Shown: positions 17,193 to 25,957 of the stretch, piece after piece | Numbering within the stretch: the first letter of the stretch is position 1 | Layout: each line of letters starts with the position of its first letter | Assembly (NCBI GenBank): GCA_016789445.1 | Contig: JAEUQT010000003.1 | Location: 82,600-146,599 of the forward strand | Length of the DNA: 64,000 nt | Direction of reading: 5' to 3' | From: a bacterium | Lineage (GTDB): Bacteria > Patescibacteriota > Minisyncoccia > Phycocordibacterales > UBA2100 | Made by a program: the position numbers and the translations under genes | Notes under the pieces: model-generated | The model's database searches: none | What the model saw: only the letters and a program-made list of their open reading frames with translations | What the model was told of the DNA's origin: nothing

Positions 17193-18272
17193 TTATACCC
17201 CTTCCCGCTTGATGAGCATGCGTACCGCGACGGCCGTCGTGATAGGGACCGCAAGGACCAATCCGATGGATCCGACGAGGATACGGACGATTTCCGTCGC
17301 AAACATCTCGCGGTTGATGGTGAGACCGAGGTTGAGATCGCCCGTCTGGTAGAAAAGAAGGAGGAGCGGGAGGCCCGCGCCGAGATAGGCGATCGCAAGC
17401 GTGTTTACGAGTGCGCCGACATGCTCGCGGCCGATGCGGATGGCTCGCTGGTAGATCTCCTTGCGGGAAAGGTCCTTGCCGGCACGGCCGAGTTCTTCCA
17501 CGGCGACTGCCTGACCGATCGCTCCGTCGTAGAGGACGCCAAGGAGTCCGATAAGGATTCCTCCCAAGAGAAGACCGGCGAGATCGATGGCGCCGCGCGC
17601 ATTCAGGTTGAGATAGGTCACCTCTTCGCCGCTCCAGCCTTCGAGATGCGTGAGATAGATCGCTGCGTACGCAAGCAGGCCGGTGAGAATGATGGTGAAG
17701 ATCATGCCGACGACCGCCGCAGACGTCATCCTATTGAAGCCGTGGGTCACGTAGGAGCCGAGCGTGACGATGATCGCGGCGACGCCGATGGAGACGAGGA
17801 TCGGCGAATAGCCGTTGAGGATGCCCGGCAGAAGGAATGCGCCGATGAATACGAGGCTGCCGATGAGGGCAAGAAGACCGCGCGCGCCTTGTTTGCCGCC
17901 GAAAACCAGCGTGACGACGATAAAGAGGATGAGAAGCCCGAGCAGTGCGGGCGTGCGATCGCGCTCGAGGACCGAATAATAGTCGGTGCCGTCGTACGCG
18001 CTGGTCGTGTGGTTGAGGAAAAAGACATCTCCTTCTTCGAGCTCGAGATAATCATTCTCGATGATAACCTCTTTGCCCTCTTCGGGTGCTTCGAGGATGA
18101 CGGCACGGATAGTCTGATGCTTCGCCGTGAGATCCATGCCGGGGATCTGACGGATTTCCTCGGTAACGACCTGGATCACCTCCGCTTTCATCGTTACGAC
18201 GGTGTCAGCGACGAGTTCTTGGGCGCCAGCGAGACTCGGGATGAGAAGGATGGTGAAGAGAAGTGCTTTCAT
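17193..18272 (-). CDS. YibE/F-family membrane protein
   Basis: 359 aa. Signal peptide, a soluble N-domain, then a multi-TM YibE/F-like core. Confidence 0.75.
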   Translation of the reverse strand: MKALLFTILLIPSLAGAQELVADTVVTMKAEVIQVVTEEIRQIPGMDLTAKHQTIRAVILEAPEEGKEVIIENDYLELEEGDVFFLNHTTSAYDGTDYYSVLERDRTPALLGLLILFIVVTLVFGGKQGARGLLALIGSLVFIGAFLLPGILNGYSPILVSIGVAAIIVTLGSYVTHGFNRMTSAAVVGMIFTIILTGLLAYAAIYLTHLEGWSGEEVTYLNLNARGAIDLAGLLLGGILIGLLGVLYDGAIGQAVAVEELGRAGKDLSRKEIYQRAIRIGREHVGALVNTLAIAYLGAGLPLLLLFYQTGDLNLGLTINREMFATEIVRILVGSIGLVLAVPITTAVAVRMLIKREGV

Positions 18273-18287
18273 GGATTCAGTATAGCC

Positions 18288-18686
18288 CTAGGCGCAGGAG
18301 CGGCATATACCGAAGAATTCGAGCGCATGATCGTTGATGCGCGAGAATCGCGATGAGGCATGGAGCGCTTGATGCTCGAGTGGAGAATTCCTGCACCCTT
18401 CCAGCTCCTCGATGAGACCGCAGCTCGTGCAGACGATGTGGTGATGATGGCCGTGAGAGAGCTCGAAGCGCACCGCGGTGTCCTTGAAGCGCACTTCGTG
18501 GACGATACCCGCCTTCACGAGCGATTGGAGATTGCGGTAGATCGTGACCAGATCGGCATCGGCTTTCGCGTGCAATTCTTCCGCGGTCTGCGGACCTCTT
18601 GCCTTGCCGAGCGCATGCAGAAGCGCGAGGCGCTGGGGCGTCGCGCGCAGTCCTGCACCTCGCAATATGATGGCGTGATCCGACAT
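18288..18686 (-). CDS. Fur-family metalloregulator (Zur-like by context)
   Basis: Winged helix (ATPQRLALL...LVTIYRNL), a His cluster (HGHHHH) and CxxC motifs (CTSC, CRSC). Divergent from a ZIP transporter gene. Confidence 0.85.
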   Translation of the reverse strand: MSDHAIILRGAGLRATPQRLALLHALGKARGPQTAEELHAKADADLVTIYRNLQSLVKAGIVHEVRFKDTAVRFELSHGHHHHIVCTSCGLIEELEGCRNSPLEHQALHASSRFSRINDHALEFFGICRSCA

Positions 18687-18703
18687 ATCCCCAGTATACT
18701 ACA

Positions 18704-18718
18704 TGCAAATGATTTGCA
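18704..18718. promoter_or_regulatory. candidate Fur/Zur box (7-1-7 palindrome)
   Basis: TGCAAATGATTTGCA, centred in the 61-nt divergent intergenic region between the regulator and the ZIP gene. Confidence 0.6.
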
Positions 18719-18747
18719 AATAGCTAAAAGGCGTGTATGCTGCCCGC

Positions 18748-19575
18748 ATGAGCATCACTTTCATATCATTTGCCGCCGCGTTCGCGGTCATGCTGATCTC
18801 GTTATCGGGCGTGCTGTTTGCCGCGGGCCCCTTGCATCGTTTCGCACAGCGACGCCTCCCCTATCTCGCATCGTTCGCGGGCGGTGTCTTCCTTATCGTC
18901 GTCTATCACCTCTTGGAGGAATCGCTGCATGAGGGATCTGTCGCGGTTGCGGCGGGCGCCATACTCTTCGGTGCGGCATTGATGGAAGCACTGCATCACA
19001 TCCTGCCGGATTCGCACCATCACCACGGCGTCGATCATGGGCACGCGTATACCTCCATCGATGGACGACGCGTACTGCTCTCTGATGCCTTACACAATGT
19101 CGGTGACGGCGTACTCATCGTCGCATCGTTTGCGGCGGACTTCCGTGTCGGTATCGCCGCGACGATCGGCATCCTCATCCACGAATTCGTGCAGGAGATC
19201 TCCGAGTTCTTCGTCTTGAAAGAGGCAGGATATTCGACTCGGGATGCTTTGCTGCGGAATTTCCTCGCGTCTTCGACCATCCTCATCGGCGTTGTTATCG
19301 CGCTCTACTTGGCTTCTGCTGCGGAAATAGCGCTCCTTTTCGCCGGACTTGCCGCAGGTGGATTCCTTGCAGTCATCCTTCGCGACATCATCCCACACAC
19401 CATCTCCTCGATACGTACCCGCGGCGGTGGCATCGTGCATCTTTTTGCGGTCGTGGCAGGTATCGCACTTATGGTGGGCGTGCAGATCGCGCTCCCGCAT
19501 CAGGAACACGAGGAGTCGGGCCTTGAAGACGTGGGCGCTACGACTGCGGTTCGAACTCCAGACACACTGAGTTGA
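18748..19575 (+). CDS. ZIP-family divalent metal transporter
   Basis: Multi-TM protein with a His-rich loop (HHILPDSHHHHGVDHGH) and the ZIP signature region (HEFVQEISEF). Confidence 0.85.
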   Translation: MSITFISFAAAFAVMLISLSGVLFAAGPLHRFAQRRLPYLASFAGGVFLIVVYHLLEESLHEGSVAVAAGAILFGAALMEALHHILPDSHHHHGVDHGHAYTSIDGRRVLLSDALHNVGDGVLIVASFAADFRVGIAATIGILIHEFVQEISEFFVLKEAGYSTRDALLRNFLASSTILIGVVIALYLASAAEIALLFAGLAAGGFLAVILRDIIPHTISSIRTRGGGIVHLFAVVAGIALMVGVQIALPHQEHEESGLEDVGATTAVRTPDTLS

Positions 19576-19927
19576 TGCAATGACGCTTGCCCGTCTGCGT
19601 AGGACCGTCGTTGAAGACGTGGCCTAAGTGAGACTTGCACTTCGCGCAGACGACTTCGGTGCGGTGCATCCCATGCGAGGAATCCTCGACGAATTCGACG
19701 GCGCCCGGAAGCGCCTCATCGAAGGACGGCCAGCCGGTGCCGGAATCGAATTTCTTCGACGATTCGAAGAGCTGGTTGCCGCAGGCGGCGCATCTGAACA
19801 TCCCTTCGCGCTTCTCATTGAGGAGTTTCCCCGTGAACGGAGCTTCGGTCCCCTTTTCGCGCAGCACCGCGTATTGCTCAGGGGTGAGCTTCTGCTTGAA
19901 ATCCTCTTCGGTGGGCTGCGTATCCAT
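19538..19927 (-). CDS. msrB: peptide-methionine (R)-S-oxide reductase
   Basis: SelR pattern: CAACGNQLF, GWPSF, CAKCKSHLGHVFNDGP. Confidence 0.92.
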   Translation of the reverse strand: MDTQPTEEDFKQKLTPEQYAVLREKGTEAPFTGKLLNEKREGMFRCAACGNQLFESSKKFDSGTGWPSFDEALPGAVEFVEDSSHGMHRTEVVCAKCKSHLGHVFNDGPTQTGKRHCINSVCLEFEPQS

Positions 19928-20002
19928 GTAAGCAGTATACCCTTGCCTAGATGACGCTCCAGTGAGAGACTGCGGTCCTCTCGTTCTTTAGAGGAAGAAT
20001 GA

Positions 20003-20356
20003 ATGCGATTGATCCTTTGTGTGGTGGCGGTGCTTATGCTGAGCTCTGCCGCTGAAGCCCGCTGTATGGCACGGCTTTCAGAGCCGCAGGTGTATGTGGC
20101 TGATGAGTGCGACGAATGTGAACAGCTTCTCTTCTCACTTCGAGCGCTTCGGCTGAAGCCCGACGTATGCAATATAACCACCGATGCCGAATGCCGGTCG
20201 GTGTACGAGACATGGAAGGAAGGCGATGCTATGCCGCTCACCTTCGTGTGCAATACGCCGATATTCGGTAACAAACCGAAAGCGATCATGGATCAGATCG
20301 CGCAGGAGAAGAAAGAAATCCATCCCGATGACTACGACTACGGGGATTGGGATTGA
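20003..20356 (+). CDS. secreted glutaredoxin/thioredoxin-fold-like protein (CDEC motif)
   Basis: Signal peptide, then VYVADECDEC...MPLTFV...PIFG, a layout typical of Grx-like folds. Terminator hairpin follows. Confidence 0.55.
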   Translation: MRLILCVVAVLMLSSAAEARCMARLSEPQVYVADECDECEQLLFSLRALRLKPDVCNITTDAECRSVYETWKEGDAMPLTFVCNTPIFGNKPKAIMDQIAQEKKEIHPDDYDYGDWD

Positions 20357-20461
20357 CTGCAGCCGCTCCGCAAGGGGCGGCTTTTTCTTGTCAGAACGGG
20401 CTCATTGCGTTCCGGTATGGAAGTGGCAGACTTGCGGCAGTCAGGGAGAAAGGAGGCAGAT

Positions 20462-20806
20462 ATGCCCATACGCCTGATGGGGACGAGCATGGCGATCGCC
20501 CTGCTCGTGTTCACTGCTCCGGCATACGCGGACTTCACGTGCGCGAATCCGAAACGGAAGCTTGATGCGAAGATCTTCGGTGTCGACGTCAGTTGTCCCG
20601 AATGCATCGAGGCACGGGTGTTCTTCTATCGCGAAGGCATCCCGTTCCGGGATTTCGATGCCGGCGATCCCGATGTGTGGAAACGCCTACGGGACGGGCC
20701 CGGACGCGGACAGATGCCCGCGATCCAAGTATGTGGCGAATGGTTCTTCGGATTCACCGAGGATACCGCCGCGCAGATACTGAGACTCTTCCCGCACACC
20801 GTCTGA
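20462..20806 (+). CDS. secreted glutaredoxin/thioredoxin-fold-like protein (CPEC motif), paralog of the preceding gene
   Basis: AGGAGG Shine-Dalgarno sequence and signal peptide. IFGVDVSCPEC...MPAIQVCGEWFFGF matches a Grx-like layout. Terminator hairpin follows. Confidence 0.55.
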   Translation: MPIRLMGTSMAIALLVFTAPAYADFTCANPKRKLDAKIFGVDVSCPECIEARVFFYREGIPFRDFDAGDPDVWKRLRDGPGRGQMPAIQVCGEWFFGFTEDTAAQILRLFPHTV

Positions 20807-20957
20807 GAGCGGCCGCCCGAGAGGACGGCCGCTTGTTTTTATGTTGTGGATAAGTCGCATTCTTTACAAATGAAGATGCGGGTGTACTTTTAGGAAAGCG
20901 ACGTTCGGAATCTCTCCGGAGGTCGCTTGTACTTTTTTGATACGAAAGGAGTAAACA

Positions 20958-21197
20958 ATGTTGGAACTCCTGCTTATTGTTGCCATGTGTGGACCGACTG
21001 ATCGCATCAACGATCATGCCCGCCAGATTCGCTGCAGAGAACGCGAGGTCTCTCTTATCGGAGCCGATGAGAACATGACCCAGATGCAGTGCTTGATGGT
21101 CGCACCGATGGTCATCGCGCAATGGATCGACGAGCATCCCAAGTGGGTGCAGCGTCGTTGGCTCTGCCGTCCGGCGGGACAAGTCGCGAAGATCTAG
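20958..21197 (+). CDS. hypothetical Cys-containing small protein (79 aa)
   Basis: AAAGGAG Shine-Dalgarno sequence 7 nt upstream; ORF track; 4 Cys. Confidence 0.5.
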   Translation: MLELLLIVAMCGPTDRINDHARQIRCREREVSLIGADENMTQMQCLMVAPMVIAQWIDEHPKWVQRRWLCRPAGQVAKI

Positions 21198-21320
21198 GCT
21201 GGAGGCCTACCATGGAGGAAACAACGACTTACGACTAAAGGGCCGCGACGCAACGACGCCACGGCCCTTTGGATTGAATCCCGCCTTCTGGCGGTTTTCT
21301 TATTTCAGACTAGAGAACGA

Positions 21321-22547
21321 CTATAAGACAAACTGGCCGTCGTCGTAGATGACTTTCGTGGAGCCATCCTTCAGATGTGCCGTTACGGTGCGCTTCGTCG
21401 TCGAGATGATGTCGGTGTGGACGGATGAATCGTTGTAGCCGAGTTTTTCCGCCATCTTCTTGGTGAAGGTCTTGTGGTTGCCGGCGTAGGTATCCTTGTA
21501 GCTCATGCCGACCGCGAGGTGCGTGTTGCCCTGACGGCCGCCCATGTTCTCGTCGAAGAGCGTCTCCGCCATGAACTTGGTGATGCGCGAGTGGCGTCGA
21601 TCGGTGAGCGAGTATTCGCCCATCTTGTCGGCGTCTTTCGTCGCGATCATCTGCTTGAGAAGCTTCTCATTGGTCTCGGCGGTCGCTTTGACGACCTTGC
21701 CGTTCTTCCACCAGAGTTGTATCCCGGTGATCTTCGCGCCATAGCGATAGAGCGGCTGGTTGAAACGGATCCAACCGTTGGTGCCGCGCCAATCCGGCGA
21801 GGTGAAGATCTCGAAAGACGGGATGTTGCGGCCTGAGCCTGCGAGCCACTGACGCTTCTCGCCGAGCGTGATCCAGAGATCAGCGTCCTCGCCTTGTACG
21901 TGGAGCTTATCGATCTTCGGTGAGAGCTTGTTGAGACGGCTGCGGTACTTCTCGATGTCCTTGTAGACGTTCTTCCATTCCTTGATCGGATCTGCCTTGT
22001 CGAGGAAGCAGGCCTTGATGATTTCTCCCCAGTATTCTTCTTCGGTCAGTCCCGCTTCTTTTGCCATTGCGGGCGTGCCGTAGAGCGCGATGGTCCAGAA
22101 GAACTTGCCCTGCATCTCCTTCGCGTTTTCCCAATCGCGGAACGGCTTCCACGCGACGCCGCGACGCATGATCTTCTTCGGATCGATGCCTTCGAGTTCC
22201 TTCTTATCGTTCTCCGCGATGATGTGGACCGCATGGGTGATGGTATCCACGATGCCGCGGACGTACTTCTCCGGGAACCAGTCGAGCTGATGATCCTTCG
22301 CGAGCTTGTAGTAGTCGCGCGAGAAGGAATCCTCGCCCGGATGCGCATCGGGGATGTAGTTCACGATGCAGTGACCGCCGCTCTTCAGGACCGCGTTGCG
22401 GACGGCAAGGAGGAGCGGCTTCGCGCTCTCCGGTGCCGTGATCTGGACGACTTCGTTCTTCTTGATGCCTTTGCCGCCGCCGAGGGCGAAATTCACGAGG
22501 ACATCTGCGTACTTATCAAGGATTTTCTTGTCGGGTGTGTAGGCCAT
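21321..22547 (-). CDS. aminopeptidase, M29 (AmpS/PepS-like) family
   Basis: 408 aa with family-typical N-terminus (LDKYADVLVNFALGGGKGIKKNEVV) and C-terminal metal-binding region. Confidence 0.85.
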   Translation of the reverse strand: MAYTPDKKILDKYADVLVNFALGGGKGIKKNEVVQITAPESAKPLLLAVRNAVLKSGGHCIVNYIPDAHPGEDSFSRDYYKLAKDHQLDWFPEKYVRGIVDTITHAVHIIAENDKKELEGIDPKKIMRRGVAWKPFRDWENAKEMQGKFFWTIALYGTPAMAKEAGLTEEEYWGEIIKACFLDKADPIKEWKNVYKDIEKYRSRLNKLSPKIDKLHVQGEDADLWITLGEKRQWLAGSGRNIPSFEIFTSPDWRGTNGWIRFNQPLYRYGAKITGIQLWWKNGKVVKATAETNEKLLKQMIATKDADKMGEYSLTDRRHSRITKFMAETLFDENMGGRQGNTHLAVGMSYKDTYAGNHKTFTKKMAEKLGYNDSSVHTDIISTTKRTVTAHLKDGSTKVIYDDGQFVL

Positions 22548-22588
22548 TTCCAGAGCGTACTTCTGAATAGTGAATTTGTCGAGAAAGC

Positions 22589-23638
22589 CTACACGTTTCG
22601 TCGCTGTGCGATTTCGCTATAGATGGAAAGGAATGCGAAGAGAAGGCTGATGGAAAGGGGGCCGAGGAACAGGCCGATCGGACCGAAAAATGCGAGGCCG
22701 CCGAGGACTGAAAGCAGGACGAGGAGCGGGTGGAGATTCACTCCCCTGCCGATAAGCTGGGGACCCAAGAAGTTGTCGATCATGCCGACCGCTACGATAC
22801 CCCAGATGGTGAGGCCGAGCGCAGAACCCGTGTGTCCGGTGAAGTACATAAAGAGGACGGTCGGTATGAATACCAATCCGGTGCCAAGACCCGGGATCAA
22901 GGCGGCGATGGCCGTCACCGTGCCCCAGAGGATGCTGTTGGGAACGCCGAAGATGGTGAAGCCGATTGCCGTGAGCGAGCCTTGGATGAGCGCGATGGTG
23001 AGGTTCCCCTTGATGATGGAATTCACCGCGAGCTCGAGCTTGTCGGCGATGCTTTCATCGTAGGTGTCTTTGAGCGGTGAGAGATGGACGAGCGTATTTT
23101 TCAGTTTGCGGCCATCACGAAGAAGGTAGTAGAGCGCGATGAAGAAGAGGAATGCTTTGAGGAGGATGCTCGCGACGCCGGATGCCGCCGTACCGATGTG
23201 CTGGATGATCCATTGGAGTGCGCCCTCCGCGTACTGTGAGATATTCGCAGGGATATCCTGCGTGAATCCGCTTGCGGCAGGCACGTAGCGTGCGACGACT
23301 CTTTCGAGATCGTTGGCCGCGGTCTGGATTTCTGCACGAGTATCCCTATCGGAGATCTGCGTGTAGAGACTGCGTGCTTCGATGCCGACCTGCGTTCCGA
23401 TGATGGTGACGGGAACGAGAATGATGATGACGCTGATGAGGACCGTGATGAGCGAAGCGAGCGAGGGCCAGCGCGGGATGGTATGCAAAATGCGGCGATA
23501 GAGCGGATTCAGGATGACCGCGAAGACGAGGGCGAGGACCAAGGGCGCGAGGAACGGCTGGAAGATGAAATACGTGAGGACGAGCGCGCCGACAAGGAGC
23601 GCCAGAAGGAAGTACATGCCCAGATGCTGGGTGTGCAT
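22589..23638 (-). CDS. AI-2E family (PerM/UPF0118) transporter
   Basis: 349 aa. Multi-TM protein with the conserved C-terminal GLFLGP-type region. Confidence 0.85.
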   Translation of the reverse strand: MHTQHLGMYFLLALLVGALVLTYFIFQPFLAPLVLALVFAVILNPLYRRILHTIPRWPSLASLITVLISVIIILVPVTIIGTQVGIEARSLYTQISDRDTRAEIQTAANDLERVVARYVPAASGFTQDIPANISQYAEGALQWIIQHIGTAASGVASILLKAFLFFIALYYLLRDGRKLKNTLVHLSPLKDTYDESIADKLELAVNSIIKGNLTIALIQGSLTAIGFTIFGVPNSILWGTVTAIAALIPGLGTGLVFIPTVLFMYFTGHTGSALGLTIWGIVAVGMIDNFLGPQLIGRGVNLHPLLVLLSVLGGLAFFGPIGLFLGPLSISLLFAFLSIYSEIAQRRNV

Positions 23639-23690
23639 GCCGGAAGTATAGCAAAAAACCCCGCTCGACGCGGGGTTTTCATCATGGATG

Positions 23691-23742
23691 TTATTTCAAG
23701 ACGTCCCAGATCTTCGGGTCTTGGTCCCGATCTTGTTTCAGG
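23691..23742 (-). pseudogene. orphan duplicate of the last ~17 codons of the GH18 gene
   Basis: Encodes ..LKQDRDQDPKIWDVLK*. The live gene ends ..FKIDGGQDPKIWDVLK* 56 nt upstream. The fragment lies between the live stop and the terminator hairpin CCCCGC-TCGAC-GCGGGG. Confidence 0.6.
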
Positions 23743-23746
23743 AGCA

Positions 23747-24943
23747 TTACTTCAAGACATCCCAAATCTTCGGATCCTGGCCGCCATCGATCTTGAAGAC
23801 GGAGACGCCGCGGATGCCGAGCTTCTTGGCGAGCGCGACTTTGTCGGCGATCGCTTGGGAGTCCTGCCACGTCACCATGCGATAGGTCAGGTTGGTGTTG
23901 TTGGAAGTGGTGAGCGCGGCTGCTGCGGAGGCGACGGAGTTGTACGCCTGCGCGGACTGCGGACGCGGGACGTTCAGCGCGCTGTCCTTCGGGAAGTACG
24001 TGAAGCCTAATTCCCCTCCGGCATTGCGGCCCGGCGTGATGTTGTATTCGTTGGCGAGATCCCAGCCGTACTGCGGATTGAAGGTCCAGAGGAGGTCGTA
24101 CATGTGCTCGTTGTTCGCGTAGGTAGTGACGCTCCATTCGTAGCCGTAGGTCGGGATGCCGAGCATGATCTTATTCGCTGGAATGGTCTTCATCGCTTCC
24201 TTGATGGCTTTCTCTACCCACACGGTGTCGGAAACCGGACCGTAGGGCTCGGTGACTTCTGCCTCGCGTTTCTGGTCGATGGTCTGCTGGTCGTAGGTCA
24301 TGAAGCGGACGCGATCGCAGTATTTCTTGAGCGCCTCGAAGTCGTTGGCGTATTTGCCTGCGTCGGCCGGCGTGTCGGTGCCGTAGTAACGATCGCTGAG
24401 CGGCGTGCGGCTCTCGACGGTGCACTGCACCCACTTGTTGCCCATTGCCGCGTAGAGCTCTTTGAGGAATTGCGAGAAATACGGACGCGTCTTCTCGTAC
24501 TTACCCTCGTAGTCGATGTCGATGCCGTCGAAATTATTGACCTTCACCTCGTCGACGATCATGGCGATGTGCTTCTTGCGGAGCGTCGGATCGGAAAGGA
24601 CGGTATGCATCGCATCGGCGTTGGACCACATCACCGTCGGGATGTAGCGGATGTTCTTCTTCTTGGCCTCAGCCTGGAGCGTCGTCCATGGTTCCACTGA
24701 GATAGCGGCAGCATCCCAGAGCGTGCCGTCGTTCTGGACGGTATAGCCGAAGGGATTCACCTCTTTGAACGTATCAAGATGAGCGAGTGTCTCGCGGGTG
24801 GAGGTGGCTGCACGCCAGTATGGGAGCCAGCCGGAGATCTCGAATTTCGAGGACCACGTGGCGGCGGAGGCCGGTGTTGGAAGTACAACAAAGAGTGCCC
24901 CGATAAGGAGCATGGGAACCGAGGCGAGTGCGGTGTTCTTCAT
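23747..24943 (-). CDS. glycoside hydrolase family 18 protein (chitinase/peptidoglycan hydrolase-like), secreted
   Basis: Signal peptide from MKNTALASV. GH18 catalytic motif FDGIDIDYE. Confidence 0.85.
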   Translation of the reverse strand: MKNTALASVPMLLIGALFVVLPTPASAATWSSKFEISGWLPYWRAATSTRETLAHLDTFKEVNPFGYTVQNDGTLWDAAAISVEPWTTLQAEAKKKNIRYIPTVMWSNADAMHTVLSDPTLRKKHIAMIVDEVKVNNFDGIDIDYEGKYEKTRPYFSQFLKELYAAMGNKWVQCTVESRTPLSDRYYGTDTPADAGKYANDFEALKKYCDRVRFMTYDQQTIDQKREAEVTEPYGPVSDTVWVEKAIKEAMKTIPANKIMLGIPTYGYEWSVTTYANNEHMYDLLWTFNPQYGWDLANEYNITPGRNAGGELGFTYFPKDSALNVPRPQSAQAYNSVASAAAALTTSNNTNLTYRMVTWQDSQAIADKVALAKKLGIRGVSVFKIDGGQDPKIWDVLK

Positions 24944-25026
24944 AGTTGAAATCTTTACCCTACACTTCAAAAGACGCAGGAGATTCATTTACATTACCGG
25001 ATATTCCCAGATGAACAAGGAAGAAC

Positions 25027-25419
25027 GTGGAAAACGGCGATATAATCGCTCTAATGCTGTACAAATGGTGGCCGAATCTGCGGTATGCCGTTTTGGGGAT
25101 GGAGATCGCGTGGCGGAACGAGCCGCACTTCCGCTCGCACGTAATCGCAAGCGCCGCGCTCATCGTTCTTTCCTTCATCTTGAACATCTCAGCGTTGGAA
25201 TTCGCGGTCATCGTGCTCTCGTGCGGATTCGTGATCGCGATCGAGGTGTTGAATACCGCGCTGGAGGAACTCTGCGACAAGCATACGAAGGAACACGATC
25301 CGCATATCGCGCGTATCAAGGATCTGGCGGCGGCGGCGGTTTTGATTTCATCGATCTTCGCGGCAATCGCACAGGCGGTGATCTTCCTCCCGTACATCAT
25401 CCACTATGTTTCCCGTTGA
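25027..25419 (+). CDS. diacylglycerol/undecaprenol kinase (DgkA family)
   Basis: Small 3-TM protein with the EVLNTALEELCD motif typical of prokaryotic DAGK. Confidence 0.8.
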   Translation: MENGDIIALMLYKWWPNLRYAVLGMEIAWRNEPHFRSHVIASAALIVLSFILNISALEFAVIVLSCGFVIAIEVLNTALEELCDKHTKEHDPHIARIKDLAAAAVLISSIFAAIAQAVIFLPYIIHYVSR

Positions 25420-25957
25420 TCTCTCCGTTGCGGCTTCCCTTGCAGCGGCGCGGACTGACGGGCTGACCGCGTTCTTCGCGACGATAACGAATCTCGGCGA
25501 GGTGTGGTTCTGCATCTTTGCCGCATCGCTGATCTGCCTCTTCCTGTATGCGGCGCGGCAGCAGAAATTCGTGCCGGAGCTGTTGGTCATATCGCTTGGA
25601 AGCGCGGCGACGGTGTGGGCACTCAAGATCTTCTTCGCGCTTCCGCGCCCATCTGATCCTATCGCGCTCATGACGATCGATTCGTTCTCATTCCCGAGCG
25701 GACACGCAGCTGCAGCGGCTACGCTCTACGGATTTCTCTTGTGGATGATGCTTGGCACGGGAACGACGGATCGCGTGCGTACGCTCGCTGCCGGTATCTT
25801 CTTCATGATCATCGTACTCGTCGGTTTCTCTCGTATGTATCTGGGCGTGCATTATCTCAGCGATGTCATCGCCGGATATGTGATCGGATTCGTGTGGGTC
25901 ATGATCGGCGTCTCACTCGCCCGATCGAAGAAGTTTACGCGGTTTTTCGCGCGTTAA
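25406..25957 (+). CDS. PAP2-family phosphatase
   Basis: Tripartite PAP2 motifs: KIFFALPRP, SFPSGH, SRMYLGVHYLSD. Overlaps the dgkA-like gene by 14 nt. Confidence 0.8.
   Translation: MFPVDLSVAASLAAARTDGLTAFFATITNLGEVWFCIFAASLICLFLYAARQQKFVPELLVISLGSAATVWALKIFFALPRPSDPIALMTIDSFSFPSGHAAAAATLYGFLLWMMLGTGTTDRVRTLAAGIFFMIIVLVGFSRMYLGVHYLSDVIAGYVIGFVWVMIGVSLARSKKFTRFFAR

Noticed and set aside
19538-19575. Convergent 3'-end overlaps (ZIP/msrB, 38 nt; PAP2/MFS, 23 nt at 25935-25957) as possible annotation errors or antisense regulation.
   Set aside because: Both partners have full-length family matches up to their stops. Such short convergent overlaps are common in compact genomes, and nothing further supports a regulatory role.
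21198-21320. 8-codon mini-ORF (MEETTTYD) and two hairpins downstream of the 20958 gene.
   Set aside because: These are most simply the terminators of the converging genes (20958-21197 and the aminopeptidase). The mini-ORF has no supporting signals.
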